Shown: positions 37,916-51,510, numbered from the stretch's first letter. The stretch: DNA of 64,000 nt from Octopus bimaculoides (GCF_001194135.2 NC_069001.1:23880831-23944830); one strand, 5' to 3'. Made by a program: numbers and translations. Notes: generated by a model not told the origin, from the sequence alone.

Positions 37916-38945
37916 ATAAATGACCTGGAACATTTATAAAGAATCTTGCAATGTTGGTGTAAGACCAGTTAGAGTTTGCCTCATTAAACCAGTGAAGCAT
38001 GTATTGTAAGTTTATGAAATTTAATTAAGTTATTCCTCTAGGAGGTTTATCTGCTGTCCACATCCTTGGGGTTTGTTTTAAACAATTTAAGGAGAAAGTT
38101 AAGAAGCACTGGATATCATAATGTCTCTGGTTGATTAAAAGGGAAAAAATACAAGCAGAAAATAGGCTCTAAAAGCTATTGTTGCTAGCAGGGTTACATT
38201 AGCTTGAAACACTTGAGCTAAACATTTTTCTAAAAGGTTTTAAGACTGATATTAGTAATGAATTAGATGAAACAGAAGATAACCTTCAGTAATATTATCA
38301 GGTTGCAATTATGGACAACACTGAATAATTAAATGAAGAATATAATTAAGTTATAGGATAAGATATTGATGAAGCGTTAAGTCAAGAAGAATGGCTGGAG
38401 TTCTTCAAAAAAAATTGATTTTTAAGCGATAAACCAATTTTATGAACAATTGAATTTTTAACCTATGAAACAACTTTTGTTAAATAACAAAAGCAAACAT
38501 CATTCTTGTTTAATTGTTTGTCTTCAAGGTTGTTTAATATTTGTGTGATGCGTCTCAGTTTTTAGTGATATTTGTTTGTTTTTTTTAAATAAGGAAATAA
38601 TTGTGGTTCTATTTGGGATAAAATTATCTTCTTCATCGATTTTGGTTATCCACTTTTCCATGCGAGCATGGGTCGGCTGGAATTTGTTGAAGCAGAGTTT
38701 CTATGGATGGATGGATGGATGGATGCTCTTTCTGTCCCCAACCCTTACCTATTTCTGAGTAAGGTAATATTTCCCCATGAACAGACATGTTTTCCTGGAA
38801 AGTTGGAAATGAAGGATATCTCTTGCATGATGTGATATCAAGGGACAGAAACATACATATGCTTACATGCACAAATACACACACATACATACATACATAC
38901 ATACATGCATACATGCACAAATACACATACATGCATACATATATA

Positions 38946-39181
38946 CAGGATGGCCCAAAAGAAGGCTTACAAATATTCAACTACCTCTTTTGCATTCATA
39001 TGCAAAACATTTTAGATCTTAATTATTAAAAAATATGAAACTATTATTCTATGCTAATTTAGTTAATTTTGTCAAGCTCCCTTTTCAGTTTGTAAGATAT
39101 AAATTTAAATGTAATGAAATGTATTAAAGGAAATTTAAAGTGTCTACATGATAACTGTAAACCTACTTTTGGGCCACCCTG
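38946..39181. mobile_element. Tc1/mariner-type MITE (236 bp)
   Basis: TIRs CAGGATGGCCCAAAAGAAGGCTTACA and CAGGGTGGCCCAAAAGTAGGTTTACA with TA flanks and an AT-rich non-coding interior. Confidence 0.85.
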
Positions 39182-39475
39182 TATATATATATATATATAT
39201 ATATATNNNNNNNNNNNNNNNNNNNNNNNNNNNNNNNNNNNNNNNNNNNNNNNNNNNNNNNNNNNNNNNNNNNNNNNNNNNNNNNNNNNNNNNNNNNNNN
39301 NNNNNNNNNNNNNNNNNNNNNNNNNNNNNNNNNNNNNNNNNNNNNNAGCCACAAAAGCACGTTCTATTTTACTGGCAAGAGAGACAACCTCCCAACCACA
39401 AGCAAGTACATTAGATTGGCATGCCAATTTTGCATAGAAATTAATGCTCATCAATAATGCTTTTTTCCATTGCAG

Positions 39476-39491
39476 GTGGTATAGCCAAAAG
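39476..39491 (+). CDS. candidate 16-nt micro-exon (xGIAKx or xWYSQK)
   Basis: tgcttttttccattgcAG acceptor and AG|GTGAGA donor; phase 0 contains a stop. Confidence 0.33.
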
Positions 39492-39528
39492 GTGAGAGCA
39501 AGGTATACTCTGGGTAGAAAACATGTAG

Positions 39529-39764
39529 TAGAAGGTGGCAAGCCGGCAGAAATGTTAGTACGCCGGGCAAAATGCTTAGCAGTATTTCGTCTACTGCTAC
39601 ATTCTGAGTTCAAATTCCGCTGAGGTCGACTTTGCCTTTCATCATTTCGGGGTCGATAAATTAAGTAGCAGTTATGCACTGGGGTCGATGTAATCGACTT
39701 AATCCCTTTGTCTGTCCTTGTTTGTCCCCTCTATGTTTAGCTCCTTGTTGGCAATAAAGAAATA
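39529..39764 (+). mobile_element. family B SINE with a 13-bp TSD
   Basis: AGAAAACATGTAG at 39516-39528 and 39765-39777. Confidence 0.88.
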
Positions 39765-40278
39765 AGAAAACATGTAGCAGTGCTCAAATGATTTAAACTC
39801 AAATTCCAAATTCTTAATCCAAGACTTGGTCCTTGGCCTCAATAGTAGCTATAAGAGAAACCCAGGTGAGATGATATAGAGATAGTCATGTAGATAAACA
39901 TGATTAGGCATGGCATATGTAAACACACACATATGTATAGACATATTTAACTACATATATTCAGAAGATAGGCACATATATACATACACATATATATTTA
40001 TACAAATATGCTTAAACAGAGCATAAAAAGTACAGAATACTAAGGAAGGATTCTTAGTATTTTAACTTGACAGCTGTTTCTGGAAGTTCAAAATTACACA
40101 ATAATCACAATGTTCATAATTAGCAGATGGAATGTACAAAGATGTCTTAATTAGTCACATAGACATATTACAATAAGTTTGGGTTCCTTCATCAGATGTC
40201 AAGCCCTATTGTATTTATTTACCTCACTATCTGCCTCTTTCTTCACTCTCTCTCTCTCTCTCTCTCTCTGTGTGTATT

Positions 40279-41250
40279 GGGGGTGGTTACTCTGAGAGTG
40301 TAGCGGCTAGAATAAGAATAACCTGGGCAAAGTTCACGGAGCTCCTACCTCTGCTAGCAACTAAGGGCCTCTCACTCAGGATGAAAGATAGACTGTATGA
40401 CGCATGTGTACGAACTGCCATGCTACATGGCAGTGAAACATGGGCCATGACTACTGAGGACATGCATAGGCTTGAAAGAAATGAAGCTGGTATGATCCAC
40501 TGGATGTGTAATGTCAGTGTGCATACACGACAGAGTGTGAGCACCCTGAGAGAAAAGTTGGGTATAAGAAGCATCAAATGTGGTGTGCAACAGAGATGGC
40601 TGTGCTGGTATGGTCATGTGTCATGTATGGATGAAGACAGCTGTGTGAGGAAGTGCCACACTCTAACTGTGGAAGGAACCTGTGGAAGAGGTAGACCCAG
40701 GAAGACATGGGATGAAGAGGTGAAGCATGACCTTCGAACAGTGGGCCTCACAGAGGCAATGACAAGAGACCGAGACCTTTGGAGATATGCTGTGATTTAG
40801 AAGACTCAGCAACTAAAGTGAGATTGCAGCCATGCATGTCCAGCCCATTTAAGAGAACCCCTGATGCGTCGGGGTGATATGATATGCTCGAGAAGACTTG
40901 TCGAGTCAAGTAAAATCATATTGTAGCTGTGGCCAATGATCCCTGACTGGCTCCCATGCTAGTGGCACATGAAAAGTACCATCCAAACATGGCTGATGCC
41001 AGTACCCACTGACTGGCCCCTGTGCTGTTGGCACGTAAAAAGCACTATTCAAACGTGATTGATACCAGACCCACCTAACTGGCTTCTGTGCCAGTGAGAC
41101 ATAAAAAGCACCGACTACATTCTTGGAGTGGTTGGTGTTAGGAAGGGCATCCAGCTGTAGAAACATTACCAGATCAGATTGGAGCCTGGTGCAACCACTG
41201 GTTCTCCAGACTTCAGTCAAATCGTCCAACCCATGCCAGCATGGAAAGCA
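40279..41250 (+). mobile_element. 5'-truncated RTE-clade LINE: ORF C-terminus plus 3' UTR
   Basis: ORF 40270-40800 encodes AARIRITWAKF.ELLPLL...YDACVRTAMLHGSETW...WYGHV...GRGRPRKTWDEEVKHDL...DRDLWR, an RTE thumb and C-terminus. It is followed directly by the family C sequence. Confidence 0.92.
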
Positions 41251-42559
41251 GTTTGTATGTGTGTGTGACATGTTTCTTTCAGTTTTTGTCTCCAAATCCA
41301 CTCACAAAGCTTTGTTCAAATAAAGTATATTACAGATTTTAAGCTACAAAATGTAGGGGTAGCATTATATTCGAGACTGCATAATACTCAAATCAATATA
41401 CAATAACTACAATCTTGCAAAATGAACAACTTTTAGTGAATATAGTTTTGATGTAACAATAATTTGTTAGTCTGGCAATTTAATATATTGATATTGGAAA
41501 ATATCTGAAGGGCTCCATGTGTGTGTAGAGAATATATAACCGAGCACAAGCTAACAGATTTAATATAGTACAACCAAAATAGATTTTTAATCATTTGAAA
41601 TTACATATATGATAAGAAGAAATTCCTTAACATTAAGAATAATTATTTCCGAATGATGTAAGGGATGGAATTATGAACATGGAATTATAAAAATCAGTTC
41701 TATGTTCAATCAGTTCCTTGGCTTCATTTGTTGATTTTGTATTGTTGTTGCTATTGAGGTTGCTGTTGTTGTTGTGATTGTTGTTGTTGTTGTTGTTGTT
41801 TGCCTGATTATTATTCAGGTGGTGAGCTGTCAGAATCAGTAGCATGCTGGGCAAGATGCTTAGCTGCAGTTTATTTGTCTTTACATTCCTAGTTCAAATT
41901 TCGTTGAGATCAACTTTGCCTTCCATCCTTACGGGGTTGATAAGTTAAGTACCACAAAAATATTGGAGTCAATGCGATTGACTACCCTGCTCCCCACAAA
42001 CTCCAGGCCTTGTGCCTATAGTAGAAAGGATTATTATTATTATTATTATTATTATGCAACTGCATGCTAATTTCGTTAGTGAGTATTTATCTTGAGGTTT
42101 GGATTATCATTATTCAGCAATCAATTGCATGCTTTCAAACACAGCTTTGTATGCCTTGATTTGTTTTGACTTTGTTATTTTCATTACATTGAATCATCAT
42201 CGTCATCATCATCGTTTAACATCTGCTTTCCATGCCAGCATGGGTTGGACGATTTGACTAAGGACTGGTGAACCAGATGGCTACACCAGGCTACAATCTG
42301 ATCTGGCAGAGTTACTACAGCTGGATGCCCTTCCTAGTGGGTGCTTTACATGCCACTGGCACAAGGGCCAGTCTGGTGGTACTGGCAACAGCCATGCTGA
42401 AATGGTGTTTTTTATGTGCCACGTCCACAGGAGTCAGTCCAGCAGCGCTGGCAACAACCCCACTCGAATGTTTTGAATATAAGATATATATACAGATATA
42501 TAAGATATATATTTACAGAAAATATATAAGATATATATTTACAGAAAATATATATATAT

Positions 42560-42935
42560 ACAGTGCCTAGCATGGCATATTGAGCATGATCGTAGCCAGC
42601 ATTGCCTTACCGGCACATGTGCCGGTAGCTCATAAAAAAACAACATTCAAGCGTGGTCGTTGCCAGTGCTGCTGGACTGGCTCCCGTGCAGGTAGCATGT
42701 AAAAACACCTTTTGGGCGTGAGCGTGATCACTGTCTGACTGGCACTCATGCCAGTGACACGTAAAAAACACCCACTACACTCTTAGAGTGGTTTGCGTTA
42801 GGAAGGGCATCCAGCTGTAGAAACTTTGCCAGACCAGATTGAACCTGATGCAGCCTCTGGCTCACCAGTCCTCAGTCAAACTGTCCAACCCATGCCAGCA
42901 TGGAAAGCGGACGTTAAATGATGATGATGATGATG
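42560..42935 (+). mobile_element. family C (RTE 3' UTR) copy with (GAT)n tail
   Basis: GGAAGGGCATCCAGCTGTAGAAAC...CCATGCCAGCATGGAAAGCGGACGTTAAATGATGAT. Confidence 0.75.
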
Positions 42936-42940
42936 ATGTG

Positions 42941-42982
<42 letters not shown>

Positions 42983-42999
42983 AGGGACAGGCCTGACAG

Positions 43000-43370
43000 C
43001 TCTGTGGTAAAAAGCTTGTCTCTTAATTCCATGAATCTGAGTTCAGTCCCATTGCATGGTATCCTGGGCAAGTGTCTTCTACTATAACCTTGGGCTGACC
43101 AAAGTTTTGCGAGCGGATTTGGTAGATGTAAACTGGAAGAAAGCCATCATATATATATGTGTGTGTGTTTGTTCCCCACCATTACTTGACCACTGGTGTT
43201 GGTGTCTTTATATCCCTGTAACTTAGCAGTTTGGCAATAGAGTCCAATATAATAAGAACTGGGCTTAAAAAAAAGTACTATGGAGATTCATTCAACTAAC
43301 AGTTTTTGAAGGTGGTGCCCCAGCATGGTCGCAATCTAATGACTGAAACAAGTAAAAGATAAAAGATAAA
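43000..43370 (+). mobile_element. family A SINE
   Basis: Head, CORE-like block, short microsatellite and AAAGAT tail. Confidence 0.72.
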
Positions 43371-43684
43371 GATAAATATTAATTTTCCTGTATCGGCAGT
43401 GACAGACTTCAGCTTCAGATGTAGTCAGCTGCCAGTAAATGCTATTGACAACAGCCAATGAGGCAGAAATGCATCTAGCATTCTAACCAGCCACTGCTGC
43501 TAGGATGATTTTCATCTTCCACCAATATTATACAATGTTTCTAAATACAGCTAGTCCATAAGAGACGTTATTTCTGGACAAATACTACAGTAAATTGGTT
43601 TTTTGCTATGTATTTACATTAATTACGATACACAGATCAATATATATAAAAATATGTGAATATAAATGTCTACCTATATATATA

Positions 43685-44140
43685 TATCATCATCATCATC
43701 ATCATCGTTTAACGTCCGCCTTCCATGCTAGCATGGGTTGGACGATTTGACTGAGGTCTGGTGAAACCGGATGGCTACACCAGGCTCCAATCTAATTTAG
43801 CAGAGTTTCTACAGCTGGATGCCCTTCCTAACGCCAACCACTCAGAGAGTGTAGTGGGTGCTTTTACGTGTCACCCGCACGAAAACGGCCACGCTAGAAA
43901 TGGTGTCTTTTATGTGCCACCCGCACAAGAGCCAGTCCAGGGGCACTGGCAACGATCTCGCTCGAAAACCCTACAAGGCCAGTCAGGCGGTATATATATA
44001 TATATATATGTCTGTACGTATTGTCGTCGTCGTTTAACGTCCGCTTTCCATGCTAGCATGGGTTGGACGATTTGACTGAGGACTGGTGAAACCAGATGGC
44101 TACACCAGGCTCCAATCTGATTTGGCAGTGTTTCTACAGC
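43685..44140 (-). mobile_element. two low-divergence family C copies
   Basis: CATCATCGTTTAACGTCCGC(C/T)TTCCATGCTAGCATGGGTTGGACGATTTGACTGAGG at about 43700 and 44030; near-identical copies also lie at about 52590 and 60255. Confidence 0.8.
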
Positions 44141-45274
44141 TATATATATATATATATGAATTTATATACATACATACATACATACACACATAAATGTACA
44201 GTAACACTTTAAGTGAAGTATTGGTATATACGTACACAACTATGGCACATATACAGAAATCAAATTGAATACTACACAATAAACTGAAATAACAAAGAAA
44301 ATAATTTTAATTGTTTACACAATTCCAGAGAAGATGGGAATAATAAGAACCAATATATATAACGATCAAATTTTATTCCGTCTTAGAATGCAGCTATATT
44401 CTCAATAGTTCAATTAAAATAATGAGTTTGAAGACCACCATAGAAATGACACTTGACAAATATGGATGCAGTTAAAGAATTGTTCTACATTTAGTATGTA
44501 TATAAGATACATAATTAAGGTGCTCAATGCAATAATATGTCTAATGTCTTCTTAAAACATCTTCATGTTGAATTCCAGAGATAAATTTGGTTATTGTGTC
44601 TTTGTTTACATTGATATCATTTGAAGAATGAATCTTAAGTAATGCAGCTACAAATATAGAGCCAATTCATTTGAATATTTCTAAAGGGAAATTATATGAC
44701 ATACCGAATGATAATAAAAGATTCTGCTTTTAGTATTTCTTCTCTTTTAAAGAGATTTAGAATATCTGATTAGAAGGATAATTAGGAAGAATCTTTGTTA
44801 ATAAGATTATGCATCACTAATGTTATGTTAACAGTCTACTTGATCAAAGTGTCTTAAGGTATTTTAACAAATGAAAATAAATTTTGTATTCATGTGTGAT
44901 ATATAGGGAAAATCACAATTTTCTTAAGGGACTTTTATGAGGGATTGATTGTGGAACTGGAAACATTTTTAACAAGTGTTAAGCATAAAGGTAATGATGA
45001 ACAATATAGAAATAGTAAAATACAATATTGGACGTTTTATTTGGTTTCCGGAAATCTGGAATTTTCAGAAATCTAAGAATGCTTTGCAATATTGTTCAAC
45101 ATACTATTCCCTGTATTGAATAAACAGATCCTGTTTTTGAAGTTGGTTAATTTGTATAAAATGTGTTAAAAATCATTTTGTTCTTTTTGTTCATTTTATT
45201 GGATTGATAAAAAAAAGTAAACAAGATCTGCTTTCGAATTGTATTAAATTGTTTATTATCTTTTGTGTTTTATT

Positions 45275-45665
45275 TGTTTCAGTCACTAGACTGTGGCCAT
45301 GCAGGGGCACCCCATTGAAAGATTTTTTAGTTGAATGAGTCAATCTCTGACTTTTTTTTTAAGCCTGGTATTTATTTTATTGGTCTCTTTTGCTGAACTG
45401 CTAAGTTATGGGGATGTAAACAAACCAAGGCCAGTTGCCAAGCAGTGGTAGGGGACAAACAAGATACAAAGACTTCCAAGTACACACACACACACACACA
45501 CACACATGATGGACTTCTTTCAGTTTCCATCTAAGAAATCCACTTACGAAGCTTTAGTCAGCTCGAGGCCCATAAGAGAAGACACTTACCTGAGGTGCCA
45601 TGCAATGGGACTGAACTGAGACCCATGTGGTTGGGAAGCAAGCTTCTTACTACACAGTCACATCT
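45275..45665 (-). mobile_element. family A SINE, full length
   Basis: 3' half at 45275-45470, (CA)n, head at 45510-45665. Confidence 0.75.
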
Positions 45666-46310
45666 CACCATGTATCTGTATTTGTTAAATAAAATGATGT
45701 TCTTTACTTTTCTTCCCATGGTACAGTATGGTACTTTTTAAGAATTTTAAGCAGATTAATGTTTAATTAAATATCAGACAGACCCTGCTTTAGAGTTATA
45801 TTAATCTGAATCTGTTAAAAACATTTTAGTTCTTTACATTTCATAGTTTATTTTATATTCTAAGTATATATTCAAGACGTCTCCAGAAAACTGCAAAAAG
45901 CCAGAAATCAAGGTCACACCCAGTTCCATGCTTACTGGATGTTTGGTCTGGTACTGTTCCAGAATTAAGTCTGAACAATATTCATAATTCAAAGCTTTAA
46001 ACATGAATGATTGGCATTTCTATTCTAATTCTGATATTTTGTCAAAATGGATAATAATACACAAGTAATATAATTCTTTTTTTTTTATCTATTTTTATAT
46101 TGTGTCTTGTAAACAATAGGGTTACTGCAAAGATGTTTATGAAGGGTCAGTCACTGGACCATTGCACTTGTAATCTCGCAGTTCAACAAGAGCGTTGATA
46201 GAATAAATACTAAACTTTAAATAAACAAAAAAGTAAGTTTAACTAAACCTTTCAAGACAGTGTTGCAGAATGGCCACGGTCCAGTGACTGAAACAAGTAA
46301 AAGATAACTG

Positions 46311-46343
<33 letters not shown>

Positions 46344-46719
46344 CATGCATGCACACATAAATACATACATACCTAGATACATATATATGTGCACACACAC
46401 ACACGCACACATAAAATGTACCCATAAGTACATGCAGCCATACATACATAGTAGCTGCTTTCTTGTATACAAGCGAAGCCATTTCTAGAAAAGATCATTG
46501 AAACAAATCATTGTTGATGCATGTATGACTCTTGAGCTCGGCCAAAGATTTGTGCATTCTATTGCATTATGCATAGCGGTGCTTACTGGCAAAGGGAACA
46601 GGTGCCACAGTATGAATCCTTTTGACATGACTTTTCAATCCTCCAACTGAAACACACACCTTTCCTCAGGTTGCATATGTCCTCTTGTGAACAATAGCTG
46701 TATCACAATTTACAAGGGA

Positions 46720-47110
46720 TTGATACATGCATACATACATACACACATACATACATACATGCATGCATACATGCATACATATGTACATACATACATGTAT
46801 ATGCACATAAAATGCATCCATGCATACAAGCATATGTACATACATGCACACATGCATGCATACATACACACATGCACACATACACACATGCATGCATGCA
46901 TACATACATACATGCATACATACATACATACATGCTTACAAATGTACATACATAGATGTATATGCACATAAAATGCATCCATACATACAAGCATATGTAC
47001 ATACATACACACATGCATACATGCATACACACATGCATGCATACATACATACATGTAAAAAGCGTGTATATAAAACTTTATTTTTACATGCACATGCATA
47101 CATACATATA
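46720..47110. repeat. compound (CATA/CA/TGCA)n array with an internal duplication
   Basis: ATATGCACATAAAATGCATCCAT(G/A)CATACAAGCATATGTACATACAT recurs at about 46799 and 46960. Confidence 0.8.
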
Positions 47111-47889
47111 TATACATATGTATGTCTGTGCATGTGAAAAAAAGGTAAAAACAAGAGAACTGAGAGTAAAATTGGTATAAGTTATGGCTTCAGAAAGTAT
47201 TTATTTGTGGCAGAATTCCTTGAGTATTGTTTGGAAGAAAGAAGGAAAACAACACTGAGAGTATCAGACAAGTGGCCTTGCTCAGAATGCAAAAGAAGGT
47301 GTAGATAGAAATTCCATACAGTATTTGGACTTACTGAGGGGACGACAGGGGACCAAAATTCCAGGTGGTGTGCTGTGCTTGAAAAGACATGCCAAGCTAA
47401 ATAAAAGCATGGTTGCACTTTTGTCCAGACTCGTTTCTTGCAACCCTCTTCAGCTGAGCATCCCTAATGTTGTGGGCTCGTAAGTGCTGGTCCCACATAA
47501 AGGGCACTTGTGCCAGTGCTGCATAAAAGCACCTGGTACACTTTGTAAAGTGGTTCGTATTAGGGAAGGTACCCAACCAAAGAGATCTTGCCAAAACAGA
47601 CATGGAGCCTGAACAGCCCTTCAGCTGGTCAGCTTCGGTCAAAATGTCTAAGCCATGCCAGCATGGAAAACAGACGTTAATTGATGATGATGTTCCCTGT
47701 ATGATCTATGAGGATGCAAGAGGAGTATTGAATCCAACTGGCAGTAAATAAAACGCTGACTTTAGTAAATGTACTGAAGTAAGGAGTCATCAAGGTACTG
47801 TTAAATTCCTTACACTGCTCAGGAGGCTCATTAAAGATACCTGATTGATTCAGTCTCCTAGGTGTTCTAACAAGAAGTGAGGGTTAGTG

Positions 47890-48530
47890 TACTGGTCAGA
47901 AAAGGTCAAGGAGCAACTATCTCTACTGACAACAGAAAGATTCCCTCAGTGAGCAAAGGCCAGATTGTACAATGCAAGTGTACGAACTGTGATGCTGCAT
48001 AGCAGTGAGATGTGAGCGCTGGATGGAGAAGATTTGACAGGATTGGAAAGAAACAAGGTAAAACTGAGTCACAGGATGTATAATATTACACTGCATGAAT
48101 GATGAGCAGAGCTGAAGGAATGAAAAAAAAAAAAAAAATGGGTAAGAGGAAGCAGTTGTAGGATGCAAGAGTGATGGCTTTGAAAGTATACCTATTTCTT
48201 TACTGCCCACAAGGGGTTATACACAGAGGGGACAAACAAGGACAGACAAACAGATTAAGTCGATTATATCGACCCCAGTGCGTAACTGGTACTTATTTAA
48301 TCGACCCCGAAAGGATGAAAGGCAAAGTCGACCTCGGCGGAATTTGAACTCTGAACGTAGCGGCAGACAAAATACCGCTAAGCATTTCGCCCGGCGTGCT
48401 AACGTTTCTGCTAGCTCGCTTTGAAAGTATACCAATAATGTTTACAAGTGATTGAAGCAGTGCCAGGAAGAGATTCGTGTGGATGGATTCAATGGAAGAT
48501 GGCCAAGAATGACACAGGGCAGAAGTGATG
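47890..48530 (+). mobile_element. decayed RTE C-terminal fragment interrupted by a SINE
   Basis: LLTTERFPQ*AKARLYNASVRTVMLHSSEM*ALDGEDLTGLERNK aligns to the 40270-40800 protein. Confidence 0.7.
48193..48418 (-). mobile_element. young family B SINE with a 15-bp TSD
   Basis: CTTTGAAAGTATACC at 48178-48192 and 48419-48433; CpGs largely intact. Confidence 0.92.
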
Positions 48531-49021
48531 AGTTACTAGACTCATCCAACCCAAGCCAGCCTGAAAAACAGACATAATATATAGATGATGAGAATGATGA
48601 TGGTGCTGGTGGTAGTAGTGATAGTGGTAATATGCTTCTGCTTAGTTTTTTGCTATCAAAAGGGATTACTGGTCAAACTAAAGATAAGGTACCAGATACT
48701 GATAAGGTACCAGGTACTGAATGAGGAGTATAGTGAGATTGAACCCAGAACTACAGAGCTGTAATGTGAACTTAATTACACAGCCATGATTACAAAACTT
48801 GATTACTAGGATAGATCCATCCAACAAGAAACCCTCTAATGTTTGCTGTTCAGCATATTAGAAACAGCAGCTAAATCCCCTTCGAATCACTGTGAGCATC
48901 TTAGAAAAGGACACATTGAATAATGTGGTTTGTTGGTGCACCGAGTAAAAAGTTGGAACTGTCACGACAGGAATTCTTTGATCATAGGTTTGCTTAATCA
49001 GGATTGATTTGCCATAAAATG

Positions 49022-49060
<39 letters not shown>

Positions 49061-49325
49061 GTAGTAATAGTAAGAGTAGGAGTTGTAGTAGTAGCAATAG
49101 CAACAACAACTAAGGCAGATAAATCTTGTTTCTGTTCATTTGTTGCTGGAAGCAATAAAGGGATGGACTCTGAGTAAAGTCAGTTTGGAAGCGTTGGAAA
49201 TGGTTAAGATAAAGAAAGTCTTTGATGAGACGGAGACAAAGAGATAATGAATTAAAGATTCAGCCTCTGCACTTATTCATCTCTCACTCATCTTCCCCCT
49301 TTGAACTGCTTCTGTACATTGTGTC

Positions 49326-49363
<38 letters not shown>

Positions 49364-49623
49364 AGTGTGTGTGTGAGAGAGAGAGAGTGTGTGTGTGTGG
49401 TGTGCCTTATTTATGTATATTTAAGTATATGCTATGAGTATATGTATACATATAGACACACATATATATCTATACATACATACATATATATGACACAATA
49501 CACACACACATGCATATATATATATGTATGTATATATATATATATCATCATCATCATTTAACATGTGACTGTAAACACATATACACGCACACACATACTG
49601 ACATATATCTGTATGTGTGTGAC

Positions 49624-49660
<37 letters not shown>

Positions 49661-49868
49661 ATGTATATATATATATATGTATGTATGTATGTATGTATTT
49701 GTATTATGGGTAACTAGCTGTTCCTGCTTATATGTTGCTGAATGTAGGTACACAGACATTATCTGAAAGTCTAAGGGTAGTCTGGTGCATTACATCAATG
49801 GCATCTATGTTTGATAATCTTTGTGTTTCAACCTCTCTGGCATCGACTTTGTCGTTTATTTCCTTTAG

Positions 49869-49880
49869 GTTTGTCTGTAT
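49869..49880 (+). CDS. candidate 12-nt micro-exon
   Basis: gtcgtttatttcctttAG|GTTTGTCTGTAT|GTAAGC; symmetric, with all three frames open. Confidence 0.33.
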
Positions 49881-50099
49881 GTAAGCCAATAATATGCTGC
49901 ATACAGGTCTATGACCTGTGCCTCTTTCTCCCCTACAAAATCCATTTTAGTTTTTAGCTTTTAGTTGTTGGCTATTATTAATATACATACACCCAATACC
50001 TTTTAATTACCTGGCTGTTGTAATTGAAATTCCTTTGCACCTAACCGGAGTATGCAATTAACCAGAGTATGTAATTGAGAAATTTTTGCAGAGTGGGCA

Positions 50100-50420
50100 A
50101 TAAGTTATGATATTTCGATATATTGCAAGTAGTGAGCAATGAAGAGGTGAAGAGAAGAGCTGGCATGAGAAGTCTGCAGGACATGGTGACTAAGCAGTAG
50201 ATGCTGTTTGCTGCCCATGTGCTTGCTTTGATTACTGCAGGAGAGACATGCAGTGGATTCCGGAAGTTTGAGTAGAAGACCAAAGAAAATGTGATGCAAT
50301 ACATTCCAGGATGACATAATAGGAATGAGAGTTGGTTCAAGTGGAACTAATAGAAATGTGAATGATCAGGATGTTTGGAGAAGGCTTGTTACCTGTTGTG
50401 CCGACAGCACTTGAGGATTT
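50100..50420 (+). mobile_element. decayed RTE-type LINE 3' end
   Basis: EEVKRRAGMRSLQDMVTKQ..F.AHV and DVWRRLVTCCADST remnants. Confidence 0.6.
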
Positions 50421-50645
50421 AGGAGCAAAGAGTAAGGTATTGCATCTATGATATACATACATTGATTACAGCTTGATCATATAGATCTAAAACAAAGACA
50501 ATCTACCCATAGCCATCTGATCTTATTTTCAAAAATATGTATGTGATCCATACAACATAATCCAATGTGATGTTTCTATTTTTAAGATTGCTAGTTATGT
50601 TTCGCGAGAGATTTTGCTGCTATTTCTAATAACCAGATAGAGAGA

Positions 50646-50705
<60 letters not shown>

Positions 50706-50744
50706 CTCTCAATTACTTGTTCATATTTTTTTTTTGTGTTTTAG

Positions 50745-50769
50745 TTGATGTCACTCAGTTGGAATGTGG
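50745..50769 (+). CDS. candidate 25-nt micro-exon (xDVTQLECx or LMSLSWNVx)
   Basis: ttttttttttgtgttttAG acceptor and GG|GTAATT donor. Confidence 0.3.
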
Positions 50770-50939
50770 GTAATTACAATTCACTGTTTCTAATCAGTGA
50801 AAAGTAATTTCTACGTTATTGAGTCTGGGATATTTTAGGAAATGGATAAGTTCTTCATGAATGAAAATGATAAATATTTTTGGTTTATAGCAACGTTTCT
50901 CATCAGAAACACATCATATTTTGAAGATCAATTGTGTAA

Positions 50940-51159
50940 TTCTTTAGTATTCAGAGCATTTTGTCAAATATGATACTTTTCGACTTACGTTGTTTTGAAT
51001 TAATGATGCATTATCTCACAGCTCCAAGATTTTGATGATGTCCTTGTTTATTTTTAGAATGACATTGTAGGGTAGGTGTGACAGGCTGGATCTAGTCAGT
51101 TTGAACACAAGACAAGAAGAATATTTGGGCTGGTTATGGCTGGTTTAAATGCTAAAGGG
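50940..51159. mobile_element. piggyBac-like MITE
   Basis: The right end ATGCTAAAGGG is followed by TTAA (51160-51163); the left end TTCTTTAGTATT is degenerate. Confidence 0.5.
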
Positions 51160-51285
51160 TTAAAGGATGGAGTCCTGAGAAAGGGATAGTGCCCTTGATA
51201 TTTAGGAAGTCTATCAGAATACTAATAAGATTAATGCATCTGATTTAAAGTCTTAATCGTTATTATTATTATTGTTGATGCTGTT

Positions 51286-51317
<32 letters not shown>

Positions 51318-51344
51318 GGCTGGGTTCCAACCCAAGCCACAACA

Positions 51345-51510
51345 ATAAATTCCACCGTCCACACTTCTCAGTCCATCATTACTGCCTCGAATTCCTGGAT
51401 ATATTCCAGGCCAATGCCTTCCATCAAGTTGTTGATGTAACTATGACAATGTTTTCCTCTTCTTACATCTCCATGAAGTCGGTTCCTCAAGACTAACTCG
51501 GATGCTTCTA
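51345..51510 (-). mobile_element. RTE C-terminal fragment
   Basis: - strand ASELVLRNRLHGDVRRGKHCHSYINNLMEGIGLEYIQEFEAVMMD*EVW. Confidence 0.6.

Noticed and set aside
9044-39491. Ig-like C-x12-W motif obtained by joining 9044, 9144 and 39476 directly
   Set aside because: It requires skipping better-scoring intervening candidates over 30 kb; too speculative.
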